A model generated the notes under the pieces. That model ran no database searches. It had not been told where the DNA came from and was given only the letters and a program-made list of their open reading frames with translations. Shown piece after piece: positions 28,642-37,608 of a DNA stretch of 54,392 nt; the stretch's first letter is position 1; the number at the start of each line of letters is the position of its first letter. Source of the stretch: Coleofasciculus sp. B1-GNL1-01 (GTDB taxonomy: Bacteria > Cyanobacteriota > Cyanobacteriia > Cyanobacteriales > Coleofasciculaceae). The stretch lies in the NCBI GenBank assembly GCA_040220235.1, contig JAVJTO010000134.1; one strand, 5' to 3'. The position numbers and the translations under genes are program-made.

Positions 28642-31557
28642 CTACTCCCACTCTCGCCATTGATCGATCCAATCTTGAAAAAGGTCAAGAATTGGCTCAC
28701 GTTGCTTGACAATGTTAGCGGTTATGCTGATAAAAATAATGCCAGCAATTATGAGCATAATCCACTTAGAGAATGGGTAGCGAAAACCAAAATAGACTAA
28801 CTGGTAAAATACTGTAAAAATAAATGTGATCGTTCCAACCATTAAAAATGCCCGGACTTGCAGTCCTAATCCAGCACCAATAGCAACCAGACTAATAATT
28901 CCCGGAATGAGTCCAACGTCTTGATGAAACCCTAACGCTACCCAACAGATTATGCCGCTACCCAGTAAGCGGATGTAGTGACGCCAATTCCGTTTTTGCG
29001 GTAATCTTAATTCTGGATCAATTTGGGCGATGTAGAGGAAAAAATAACCAATCACGGCAGCATAGGCTAAGGGTTCATTAACCTGCTGACTTTGCAAAAC
29101 ACGCCAAATTGCCCAATCGATGAAAAATAAACTTAAGTAAGTCCAACGTAAATTAGATTGGCGATTGGTGACCCAGGCATAAAAACCTGCAAGAACCAAT
29201 AAATTAAAAGAAGAGAGGGTTTGAGGATTGATTAGAATGCTCAAAAGAGGCAATATCGTGGCGTATCTTTGCCAAGGTTGCTCATTCCATCCCCACCGCC
29301 ACCAGGACGTTTGATAAACAGCGATCGCGAATAGACTTGCAATAATGGCTCGCCACGGATCAAATAGGCTTAACGGTGTCCATATCAAACGCGCATAAAT
29401 CCCAATGGCGACAACCTCGGTTAATCCGGCGTATATCCAGATGTGAGACTCTGGGAAAAATGGGGAAGATGAGAGAAATGGGGAAGATGAGGGAAATGAG
29501 GGAGAAAACTGGCGTTGTTGAATTCGTAAATTTCCTTGGAAAAACGCATAACTAGCAAGGATCAAACTGAGAACAAGTCCAACAAATCCCATCAGGTTAG
29601 GGGGGGTTCCCACAGACATCCCAGCCGCTATAACCATCAAGACACTACCCATTGCCCAATGAATGTGGGCGGTAATTTCGATTTGGGTGACGCTGATATG
29701 GAAAAATGTAGCCTGATCGCGCGACCGCAAAAACCAGGCGAGTGAACGATAAATACAGCAGAGTACAGCCGTGACTAACGCTAAAATAATCAAGCCATCC
29801 CCAGGATTTCCCCCATCGCTTTGCAGTATCTGATAAATTACCAGTTCATACCAAGCCAGTGAAATACCTGCCAGAGAAAGATAGATAATACCTTTGGCTT
29901 GAGTACGGTGATACGCTACGCTGATACCGATTAAAGCTGCACCTAGGGTGAGCAACCCCGTATAAGGGGTGAAATAAAAAAAGCGTAAACTAATGCCAAT
30001 CAGAGAATAAATTACCAATTCGTACCAGGCAAGGGAAATACCTGCCAGGAAAAGATAGGTGATACCTTTGGCTTGAGTACGGCGACGCCCTAGAATAATG
30101 CCCGTTAAAGCCGCACCTAGGGTGAGCAATCCTGTATAGGGAGTGAAATAAGAAAAGCGCAAGTTAATGCCAATCATGGCATAGACTAAGGATAAAGATT
30201 CCAGTATCTCTTGCCAATTTTCTCTCCACTTTCCAGACGTGCCATGGTACGTCTCTAAATGCTCCCTGTCTTCCCTACCCAAAGGGGCAAACCACCAACG
30301 GTTGAGAATTAGTGTTATAAATGCCAGGATAATGTTCGCAGCACCGAGGATTAAGGATGAACCATTAAGCAGTACAATAGCATTAGCGATTGTCAATTCT
30401 ATTGCCCAACTAATGCCATAAATACTGAATTTGGGAAAAGAATGCCAATATCGGTAAAGAATAGCACCACCAATGAGCATTGATGCAGTCAGGTACTGCC
30501 AACTGGATGGAATGAATTCTAGATACATATTGGCGCTTTGCAGCGTCAGTAGTCCTAGTTCCGTAGTAGACAAAGCAATTGCCCAGCGATCGCAGGCTTG
30601 AGCGTACAATTGAGCTAGCTTGCTAGACTGGGGCGTTAAGCCAGCCCGTAGCAGCCATAATCCGAAAATGGCGATCGCGCCCACCCAATACCAATCAGCA
30701 GAAGACACTGGGGATAATCCGGCAATGCCTTGTGCCAGATACACTGCACCAAAACTTAGGCTAAATCCAATCGCGATCGCGGCGGCTAAGGGTTGCTTGA
30801 GATAGCAGCTATTGATGAACATCACGAAAGTGGCGACACCCAAACCGATGAGACTGATATCCGGTTGGAATAGGGTTAGCCCTTGGACGAGAAATAAGGC
30901 GATCGCACTCCACCAAAATACTTGGATTTGCTTTGAGTTTAGCTCCTGATCAGAAGTAGTATCCGAGTCTAACTCAGCATCTTCTACCGATGACCAAAGA
31001 CTCATTTGAGAATCCCTCAACGATGCTCTGAGAAAGGAATTAGCCTCTTTGTTCCCTTGGCGCGATCGCGTACTTCGGCTGGCAATGTCAGTTAAACTTA
31101 ACGGGGTTAACAGCCATAAGAGTCCCCAAGGTGGCATAGAAGCGGGAACAAAAAATAGGTCAATAAAGATCTCATCGGCTAGCAAGACATAACTGAGTCC
31201 GGCTAGCACAAAACCCAAATGCCAGCAACTGCGATACCAAATTTGTTTAATGCTAGGGAATGGGGGATTCGGCTCAACAGTTTGCCCTTTGCTCAGATTC
31301 CATTCTGCCACCATCAGCGCCAAGAATAGAGTCGCCCAGAGGGGTTCCCTGAGAGTCGGTATCCATCTGTGAATCAAGAAACAGATGGTCAACAATCCAC
31401 CAATATGGGTGAGGTAGACGAGAACAACTCGCACAAAATTAATCCGTTGACCGGGTGGCTGATATTTTTTATTGTGACTTAACTTGTCACGCCAGACTAC
31501 GATAACGGGTTTATCCTGCGCGAATACATTGAGATAGCGATGGTTATTCAGCCGCAC
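28642..31557 (-). CDS. Large polytopic membrane protein (DUF2157-like), start uncertain
   Basis: Many hydrophobic helices and C-terminal GLGLQVRAFL..GT...W.EWE. Contains an internal 58-aa duplication. Confidence 0.7.
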   Translation of the reverse strand: MRLNNHRYLNVFAQDKPVIVVWRDKLSHNKKYQPPGQRINFVRVVLVYLTHIGGLLTICFLIHRWIPTLREPLWATLFLALMVAEWNLSKGQTVEPNPPFPSIKQIWYRSCWHLGFVLAGLSYVLLADEIFIDLFFVPASMPPWGLLWLLTPLSLTDIASRSTRSRQGNKEANSFLRASLRDSQMSLWSSVEDAELDSDTTSDQELNSKQIQVFWWSAIALFLVQGLTLFQPDISLIGLGVATFVMFINSCYLKQPLAAAIAIGFSLSFGAVYLAQGIAGLSPVSSADWYWVGAIAIFGLWLLRAGLTPQSSKLAQLYAQACDRWAIALSTTELGLLTLQSANMYLEFIPSSWQYLTASMLIGGAILYRYWHSFPKFSIYGISWAIELTIANAIVLLNGSSLILGAANIILAFITLILNRWWFAPLGREDREHLETYHGTSGKWRENWQEILESLSLVYAMIGINLRFSYFTPYTGLLTLGAALTGIILGRRRTQAKGITYLFLAGISLAWYELVIYSLIGISLRFFYFTPYTGLLTLGAALIGISVAYHRTQAKGIIYLSLAGISLAWYELVIYQILQSDGGNPGDGLIILALVTAVLCCIYRSLAWFLRSRDQATFFHISVTQIEITAHIHWAMGSVLMVIAAGMSVGTPPNLMGFVGLVLSLILASYAFFQGNLRIQQRQFSPSFPSSSPFLSSSPFFPESHIWIYAGLTEVVAIGIYARLIWTPLSLFDPWRAIIASLFAIAVYQTSWWRWGWNEQPWQRYATILPLLSILINPQTLSSFNLLVLAGFYAWVTNRQSNLRWTYLSLFFIDWAIWRVLQSQQVNEPLAYAAVIGYFFLYIAQIDPELRLPQKRNWRHYIRLLGSGIICWVALGFHQDVGLIPGIISLVAIGAGLGLQVRAFLMVGTITFIFTVFYQLVYFGFRYPFSKWIMLIIAGIIFISITANIVKQREPILDLFQDWIDQWREWE

Positions 31558-32683
31558 TGATCAAGCCATCTTTTAAACCATAGACTACCTGCTGCTGTTC
31601 GGAGAAGGACAATTCTGGAAATATAGGTAGAGACAAAACTTGGTGACACACTTGCTCAACAACTGGAAAATCACCCACTTGATACCCTAAGCTCTGATAA
31701 ACCGACTGCAAGTGCAACGGTAGAGGGTAATAAACCATCGAAATAATGCCCATCTGTTGCAGATTTTGGCGGACGTGATCTCGATAGTCACTGCTGCGAC
31801 TGTTTTTAGTTAGACGAATCGTGTACTGATTCCAGACAGCATGGCTTCCTAGAGTTTCTTGAGGTAAGGCGATTTCTGGAACAGGTTGTAATAACTGATG
31901 ATACCGATTAGCAATCTGAGAGCGTGCTTGATTCCATTGATCGAGATAACCGAGTTTGATTTGTAAAATGGTCGCTTGTAGGGCATCTAAACGGCTATTG
32001 ATCCCTGTCGCTTCGTGATGGTAGCGATCGCGCATTCCATGTTCCCGCAACATTCTGATTGTAGCTGCCAAGGTTGGGTCATTGGTAATCACAGCACCAC
32101 CATCCCCACAAGCCCCAAGATTCTTGGTGGGAAAGAAGCTAAAACAGCCAATATGTCCAATACTACCCACCTTTTGTCCTGCCCATTCCGCGCCCGTTGC
32201 TTGAGCGCAGTCTTCAATCACCGCTAAACCCTGCGCTTGGGCGATGTCCATAATCGCCGTCATATCCACAGGCTGTCCAAACAAATGAACGGGTAGAATC
32301 GCCTTTGTTTTCGGAGTAATCGTCGCCGCAATCTGATTAACGTCAAGATTAAAGGTTTGGGGATCAATGTCCACAAAAATAGGTGTCGCCCCCACCCGGG
32401 TAATCACTTCCGCCGTAGCGATAAACGTGAAGGGCGTGGTAATCACCTCGTCCCCTTGTCCAATTTGTAAGGCTCGCAGCGCCAGATACAAGGCGTCTGT
32501 GCCAGAGTTACAGGCGACGCATTCGCTGGTATTCATATACGCCGCAAATTGCTCCTCAAAGCCTTGAACCGGAAGCCCACCCACGTAACGTCCAGAGGTG
32601 AGTATCTCCTGAACAGCCGCACTGACTTGTTTTTCAATGCGCTGATACTGTCGTGCCAGATCAATAGGGGGAATGTGATTCAC
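31544..32683 (-). CDS. DegT/DnrJ/EryC1/StrS PLP-dependent aminotransferase
   Basis: NSGTDAL, PVHLFGQ, EDCAQA, SFFPTKNLG..GDGG and NSRLD. GTG start at 32683. Confidence 0.93.
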   Translation of the reverse strand: MNHIPPIDLARQYQRIEKQVSAAVQEILTSGRYVGGLPVQGFEEQFAAYMNTSECVACNSGTDALYLALRALQIGQGDEVITTPFTFIATAEVITRVGATPIFVDIDPQTFNLDVNQIAATITPKTKAILPVHLFGQPVDMTAIMDIAQAQGLAVIEDCAQATGAEWAGQKVGSIGHIGCFSFFPTKNLGACGDGGAVITNDPTLAATIRMLREHGMRDRYHHEATGINSRLDALQATILQIKLGYLDQWNQARSQIANRYHQLLQPVPEIALPQETLGSHAVWNQYTIRLTKNSRSSDYRDHVRQNLQQMGIISMVYYPLPLHLQSVYQSLGYQVGDFPVVEQVCHQVLSLPIFPELSFSEQQQVVYGLKDGLISAAE

Positions 32684-33160
32684 TCGCTTACACCTAGAAG
32701 TTTTTATCCAATCCAATAAATCAAATTTTGCGGAAAAAGGGAATCCTGCTGATGTGTACTCTCCTCAATCCATCACTTTGAGGGTGGAAGTGGGCAATCC
32801 TGATAAGTCTTGAGACGCTCAATAATGCAGCTAAACCTAGTACAAGAAGGCAGAAATAACGCCAACAGCTAACATCTTTCCCAGCTTCCCCAGCTTCCCC
32901 AGCTTCCCCATCTCCCCCAGCTTCCCCATCTCCCTTATTTCCCCCCTCCCCCCATGCTTCACAAACTCTTCAAACCATCTTTATCATAGCTACACCTAAA
33001 ACCGCGCTGGAACAGGCAAACTAAGAAAAGCAGATGCACCCTGCTGAACCCTGAGTAAAACCCACATTATCGCTTAAATTTCAAAATTAGGCGATATGTG
33101 GGTCTTGTATTTATTTCCCGCGATCGCTCTTCCTCTATCCGGAGGGTTTAGGTTGACTGA

Positions 33161-33287
33161 TATAGCGCTACGCGCCAGGGAATAGGGAATAGGGAATAGG
33201 CAATAGTGAAGACAAAAGCTTGCCTGACAAGGGATTGAGCGATTTGAATTTTTCTTTTATGTCCTAACTTGAGTGCGTAGTGCTATA
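33161..33287. mobile_element. MITE with TATAGCGCTACGC terminal inverted repeats, carrying an AGGGAAT heptamer array
   Basis: TATAGCGCTACGC ... GCGTAGTGCTATA. Confidence 0.7.
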
Positions 33288-33361
33288 ACGGTGCAAGATT
33301 GCAATGAAGCGGAGTATCCTGAAGTTGGATTCACGGCTATAGTTCCATTTCAGATAGTCCA

Positions 33362-36127
33362 ATGAGCGCTACAGGAAAACGATTCAAGCAATTCCTCAAG
33401 TATCTAGGCTTAGTGGGTTTGACTACGGTGTTGACGGTTGCATTGGCGTGGCAAGATTTCCCTAGCCGAATGGGAATCCGTGAGGTGAAGGCGGCGATTC
33501 CCCATACTTCCGTGGTTCAGGTTTCTCCCTCAAATGCGGCTGAATTGGTGCAAGTGGGTTTACAACGATATAAATCGGGGGAATTTGCCCACGCTATCAC
33601 CGCTTGGCAACAGGCAGCCGATCTCTTTGCCAGTCAAGGGGATTCCCTGAATCAAGCTATGGTACTGAGCAATTTAGCACTCGCCTATCAGCAGTTGGGA
33701 CAGTGGACGCCAGCAAATCAGGCAATTGAGAAGAGTTTACACCTTTTGCAAACTGAAACAGCTAGTCGCGATCGCACGAGGATTTTGGCGCAGGTGCTGA
33801 ATACGCAGGGGAAGCTGCAATTGGCACAGGGACAACCGGAACAGGCGCTGAAGACGTGGGAGGAGGCGACAGAAACCTATCAGCAGGTGGGCGATGACAT
33901 TGGGGTGGTGCGTAGCTTGATGAATCAGGCGCAAGCCTTGCGAGTTTTGGGGTTTTATCCGCGAGTTAGGACGACTTTAGAACAGGTGAACCAACTGCTG
34001 CAAAATCAGCCAGATTCGGCGATAAAGGCGGCTGGATTATTGAGTTTTGGTGATACGTTGCGCTTGGTGGGTGACTTGGGAGAATCGGAGACAGTGTTGC
34101 AGGAAAGTTTAACTATTGCCCAAGAGTTAGACTTATCTTCAGGGATTCCGGCGGCGTTTTTGAGCTTGGGGAATACGGCGTACAGTCAGGGAGAATTGAA
34201 GGCGGCAATTGAGTTTTATCAACAGGCGATCGCGTCTTCAACTTCAGCCACGACAACCCTACAGGCACAGTTAAACCAACTGCGTTTATTCATAGAACTA
34301 GAAAATTGGGAAGACGCGGAAAAATTAGCCGAGAAAATACAGTCAAAATTTGCTAATTTACCCATAAATCGTAGCAGCATTTATGCTCGAATTAATTTTA
34401 GCCAAAGTTTCCTCAAACTGTGGCGTCAGCAAGCCGGAATTGTAGGGGCGGGTTTAACTAATAACCTTTCAGAGAAAACCGCTAACGTAACTAAACCCGC
34501 CCCATTCCCCATCCTAGGGGTGGATTTAACTAATAACCTTCCAGAGAAAACCGCTAACGTAACTAAACCCACCCTGAACCCACAAACGGTGGCTCAAATT
34601 CTAACCACAGGAATTGAGCAAGCCAAAGAGTTAGGAGACAAACGGGCGGAATCTTACGCTTTGGGTTATTTGGGTCAGATTTACGAGTATATTCAACAAT
34701 GGTCGGAAGCAAAAACGCTAACCGAACAGGCGTTACTTTTGACGCAATCGGTCAATTCTCCTGATATTGCTTATTTGTGGCAATGGCAGTTAGGACGACT
34801 GCTGAAAGCTCAGATAGACCGAGGGATTGCCGATAATTCTGCTTATCCTAGCGCTGTTGCTGCTTATCAAGAAGCGATTCATTCTCTCAATTCCCTACGG
34901 AATGATTTAGTGGCGACAAATTTAGAATTACAGTTCTCATTTCGAGAGAGTGTAGAACCAATTTATCGCCAACTTGTTAGCTTATTGTTGCAACCGGGTG
35001 ATCAAGGGATTAGCCAGAAGAATTTAGTTCAAGCCCGTGAGGTAATTGAATCGCTACAGTTAGCCGAATTAGATAATTTCTTCCGTGAAGCTTGTTTGAC
35101 GGCGCAACCGGAACCGGTTGACCAAGTTGATGGGAATGCGGCGGTAATTTATCCGATTATTTTACCGGATCGAGTAGAGGTGATTATCGCGATCGCCAAT
35201 CAACCGCTACGACATTACGCGACTAATATATCTGAGACAGAAGTAGAAACGGTTCTGGCTCAAACCCGCCGTTCTCTGCGACGAGTAGCAAGCGATCGCG
35301 AACGATTACCTCTGTTTTCTCAATTGTACGATTGGTTGGTGCAACCGATTGAGACGGAGTTAGCCGCATCTGAGATTAAAACTTTAGTATTTGCTTTAGA
35401 TGGTTCCCTGAAAAGCCTGCCCATGGCAGCATTATATGATGGTGAAAACTATCTGATTGAAAAATATAGTGTCGCCCTGACTCCAAGTCTACAAATCCTG
35501 GAACCCCAACCGTTAAGCCGTACTCCAATTAAGGTGTTAGTTGGCGGATTGAGTGAAGCCAAGCAGAACTTTCCCGCGCTACCGGGTGTGGAGTCGGAGG
35601 TGCAGCAGATTCAGGCGGAGATTCCGGCGCAGGTGTTGCTGAATCAGCAATTTACTAGCGCGGCGTTGCAAGAAGAGATTAGCGCTGCGCCATTTCCAGT
35701 GGTTCATTTAGCCACTCATGGTCAGTTTAGTTCTGATGCTGAAGATACCTTTATTTTGGCGTGGGACGATCGCGTCAATGTGAAAGAGTTAGGGGAAGTT
35801 CTCCAGGTGCGGGAGGAGAGGGAACGTCAACCCTTGGAATTGCTGGTATTGAGCGCTTGTCAAACCGCCGCAGGTGACAAACGGGCGGCGTTAGGAATAG
35901 CGGGAGTCGCGGTGCGATCGGGGGCGCGGAGTACGTTGGCGACGTTATGGTCAGTGGATGATCAGTCTACGGCGATGTTGATGGTGAAATTTTATCAGGA
36001 ATTGGCACAAGCCAATGTCACCAAGGCGGAAGCGTTGCGTCAGGCTCAGTTGGCGCTATTGCAGCAGTCGAGATTCAGACATCCTTACTATTGGGCACCG
36101 TTTGTGTTGCTGGGTAATTGGCTTTGA
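33362..36127 (+). CDS. TPR + CHAT-domain (caspase-like) protein with N-terminal signal/TM segment
   Basis: TPR helices, HLATHG and LVLSAC (His/Cys dyad), ATLWSVDD and HPYYWAPFVLLGNWL. Confidence 0.92.
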   Translation: MSATGKRFKQFLKYLGLVGLTTVLTVALAWQDFPSRMGIREVKAAIPHTSVVQVSPSNAAELVQVGLQRYKSGEFAHAITAWQQAADLFASQGDSLNQAMVLSNLALAYQQLGQWTPANQAIEKSLHLLQTETASRDRTRILAQVLNTQGKLQLAQGQPEQALKTWEEATETYQQVGDDIGVVRSLMNQAQALRVLGFYPRVRTTLEQVNQLLQNQPDSAIKAAGLLSFGDTLRLVGDLGESETVLQESLTIAQELDLSSGIPAAFLSLGNTAYSQGELKAAIEFYQQAIASSTSATTTLQAQLNQLRLFIELENWEDAEKLAEKIQSKFANLPINRSSIYARINFSQSFLKLWRQQAGIVGAGLTNNLSEKTANVTKPAPFPILGVDLTNNLPEKTANVTKPTLNPQTVAQILTTGIEQAKELGDKRAESYALGYLGQIYEYIQQWSEAKTLTEQALLLTQSVNSPDIAYLWQWQLGRLLKAQIDRGIADNSAYPSAVAAYQEAIHSLNSLRNDLVATNLELQFSFRESVEPIYRQLVSLLLQPGDQGISQKNLVQAREVIESLQLAELDNFFREACLTAQPEPVDQVDGNAAVIYPIILPDRVEVIIAIANQPLRHYATNISETEVETVLAQTRRSLRRVASDRERLPLFSQLYDWLVQPIETELAASEIKTLVFALDGSLKSLPMAALYDGENYLIEKYSVALTPSLQILEPQPLSRTPIKVLVGGLSEAKQNFPALPGVESEVQQIQAEIPAQVLLNQQFTSAALQEEISAAPFPVVHLATHGQFSSDAEDTFILAWDDRVNVKELGEVLQVREERERQPLELLVLSACQTAAGDKRAALGIAGVAVRSGARSTLATLWSVDDQSTAMLMVKFYQELAQANVTKAEALRQAQLALLQQSRFRHPYYWAPFVLLGNWL

Positions 36128-36631
36128 ATATGTTAACTTAAATCCTTTCACCGAGAAATAATTTATTTCATTTTGTAAGGCTTTGTGTCAAAGTTCAATT
36201 TTTTTAGAAGAAATTTTGAGATTTTTTTGAACGGAAACAGGGCTAAGGTATTATTTAATAGAGGCAGCGATTATCTTTTTAATCAACAGAGCAACTGAGC
36301 CAAGATTACCATCTAAATGCGGGTAATCTAGGGTCTTGATAGATTTTGTATAGCTATTAACTGATTTTAAACTTCGGTAATACGTTACTAAAGCATCAGT
36401 TCAGTAACCAAAGTTAGTGGTTGCAAAAAGTAAAAACTATACCTTTTAGGAAAGTAAGGAGTAAAAAATGGAAAATAACAATGGTAATTTGGGTGTCGTA
36501 TTATTCTAGTGGGGTAGATTTGAAGTAGATAGTCTGATTATAAATCTGGTGTTATAGCGTTGTAATCATTCAACGCAAAAATGCCTTAAAATATGCGATG
36601 TGAGTTCATTAATTATGATTAGGAGAGGATC

Positions 36632-37516
36632 ATGGTTTGTACAAAACTCTCTCGGTATATCACCATTCTGTCAGCATCAGTGTTATTAGAACTAGGGATA
36701 ATTCCTAATTTTTACCTAATTACACAAGCACAGATCGAAATACCCTCTTACATTAAATCAAAACGAGTAATTTTTCAACCCAACCCTGACCAACCTGCAC
36801 CGGAGATCACCACAGGTGCAGGAAAGCGCAATGATGGACGATGTTTTCAGGATCAAAGTATTGAAGATGATGCTACAGTATCTCACTCTCTAACAGTACT
36901 TGTACCAACGGTTTTAGTGAACCCAGAGTTTCAGGAATCAGAGCCATCCCCGGTTGGAGTTAATTTTCAGTTAACGGTCTCAGAGCAACCGACATTTCTG
37001 GTTTATGTTCCTCCCACCTCTGCTAACTTCCTAGAATTGAGAGTGGAAGATAACCAAAATCAGCAAATTGGTGAAACAGTGAGACTAAATTTAACAGAAA
37101 CTCCAGGAATTTATAGTATTAGTGTACCTGAAAATGCACCCCCATTGGACATCGGTAAGGATTATAAATGGTTGGTGTCGATGACTTGTCAAGCTGGTGA
37201 TCCTAACGATCCCTTGGTCGAGGGATTAATCCGCCGCATCTCAATGGATTCAAGCCTAACACTTTCATTAGACTCAGTAGAAGATCTGGATAAAGTGGCG
37301 GTGTATGCTGAGGCTGGGATTTGGCAGAATGCAGTCGTTAATCTAGCGGCGCTTCGTCAAAGCAAACCCAATAATCCAGATGTGGTATCGGCATGGGAAA
37401 ATTTGCTGGAGTATGCTGAGTTGGAAGACATTATTAATGCACCTTTGATATCAACTTTTGAAGACATACATATTGGTGAAAACCAAGCCGAGGGTAGAAA
37501 TGATAGAGAAGAATAA
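36632..37516 (+). CDS. DUF928-like exported protein
   Basis: Signal peptide, T.GAGKR..C, LTVSEQPTFLVYVP, L.IGK.YKW and YAEAGIW. Confidence 0.8.
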   Translation: MVCTKLSRYITILSASVLLELGIIPNFYLITQAQIEIPSYIKSKRVIFQPNPDQPAPEITTGAGKRNDGRCFQDQSIEDDATVSHSLTVLVPTVLVNPEFQESEPSPVGVNFQLTVSEQPTFLVYVPPTSANFLELRVEDNQNQQIGETVRLNLTETPGIYSISVPENAPPLDIGKDYKWLVSMTCQAGDPNDPLVEGLIRRISMDSSLTLSLDSVEDLDKVAVYAEAGIWQNAVVNLAALRQSKPNNPDVVSAWENLLEYAELEDIINAPLISTFEDIHIGENQAEGRNDREE

Positions 37517-37608
37517 AAAGTGACGTAACCTTCGACCCAGTTAAGGCACAGGGTTGACGAAAAAATTTATTTCCCGCAATAAAAACCGCAACTATCAGGG
37601 AAAAAACC

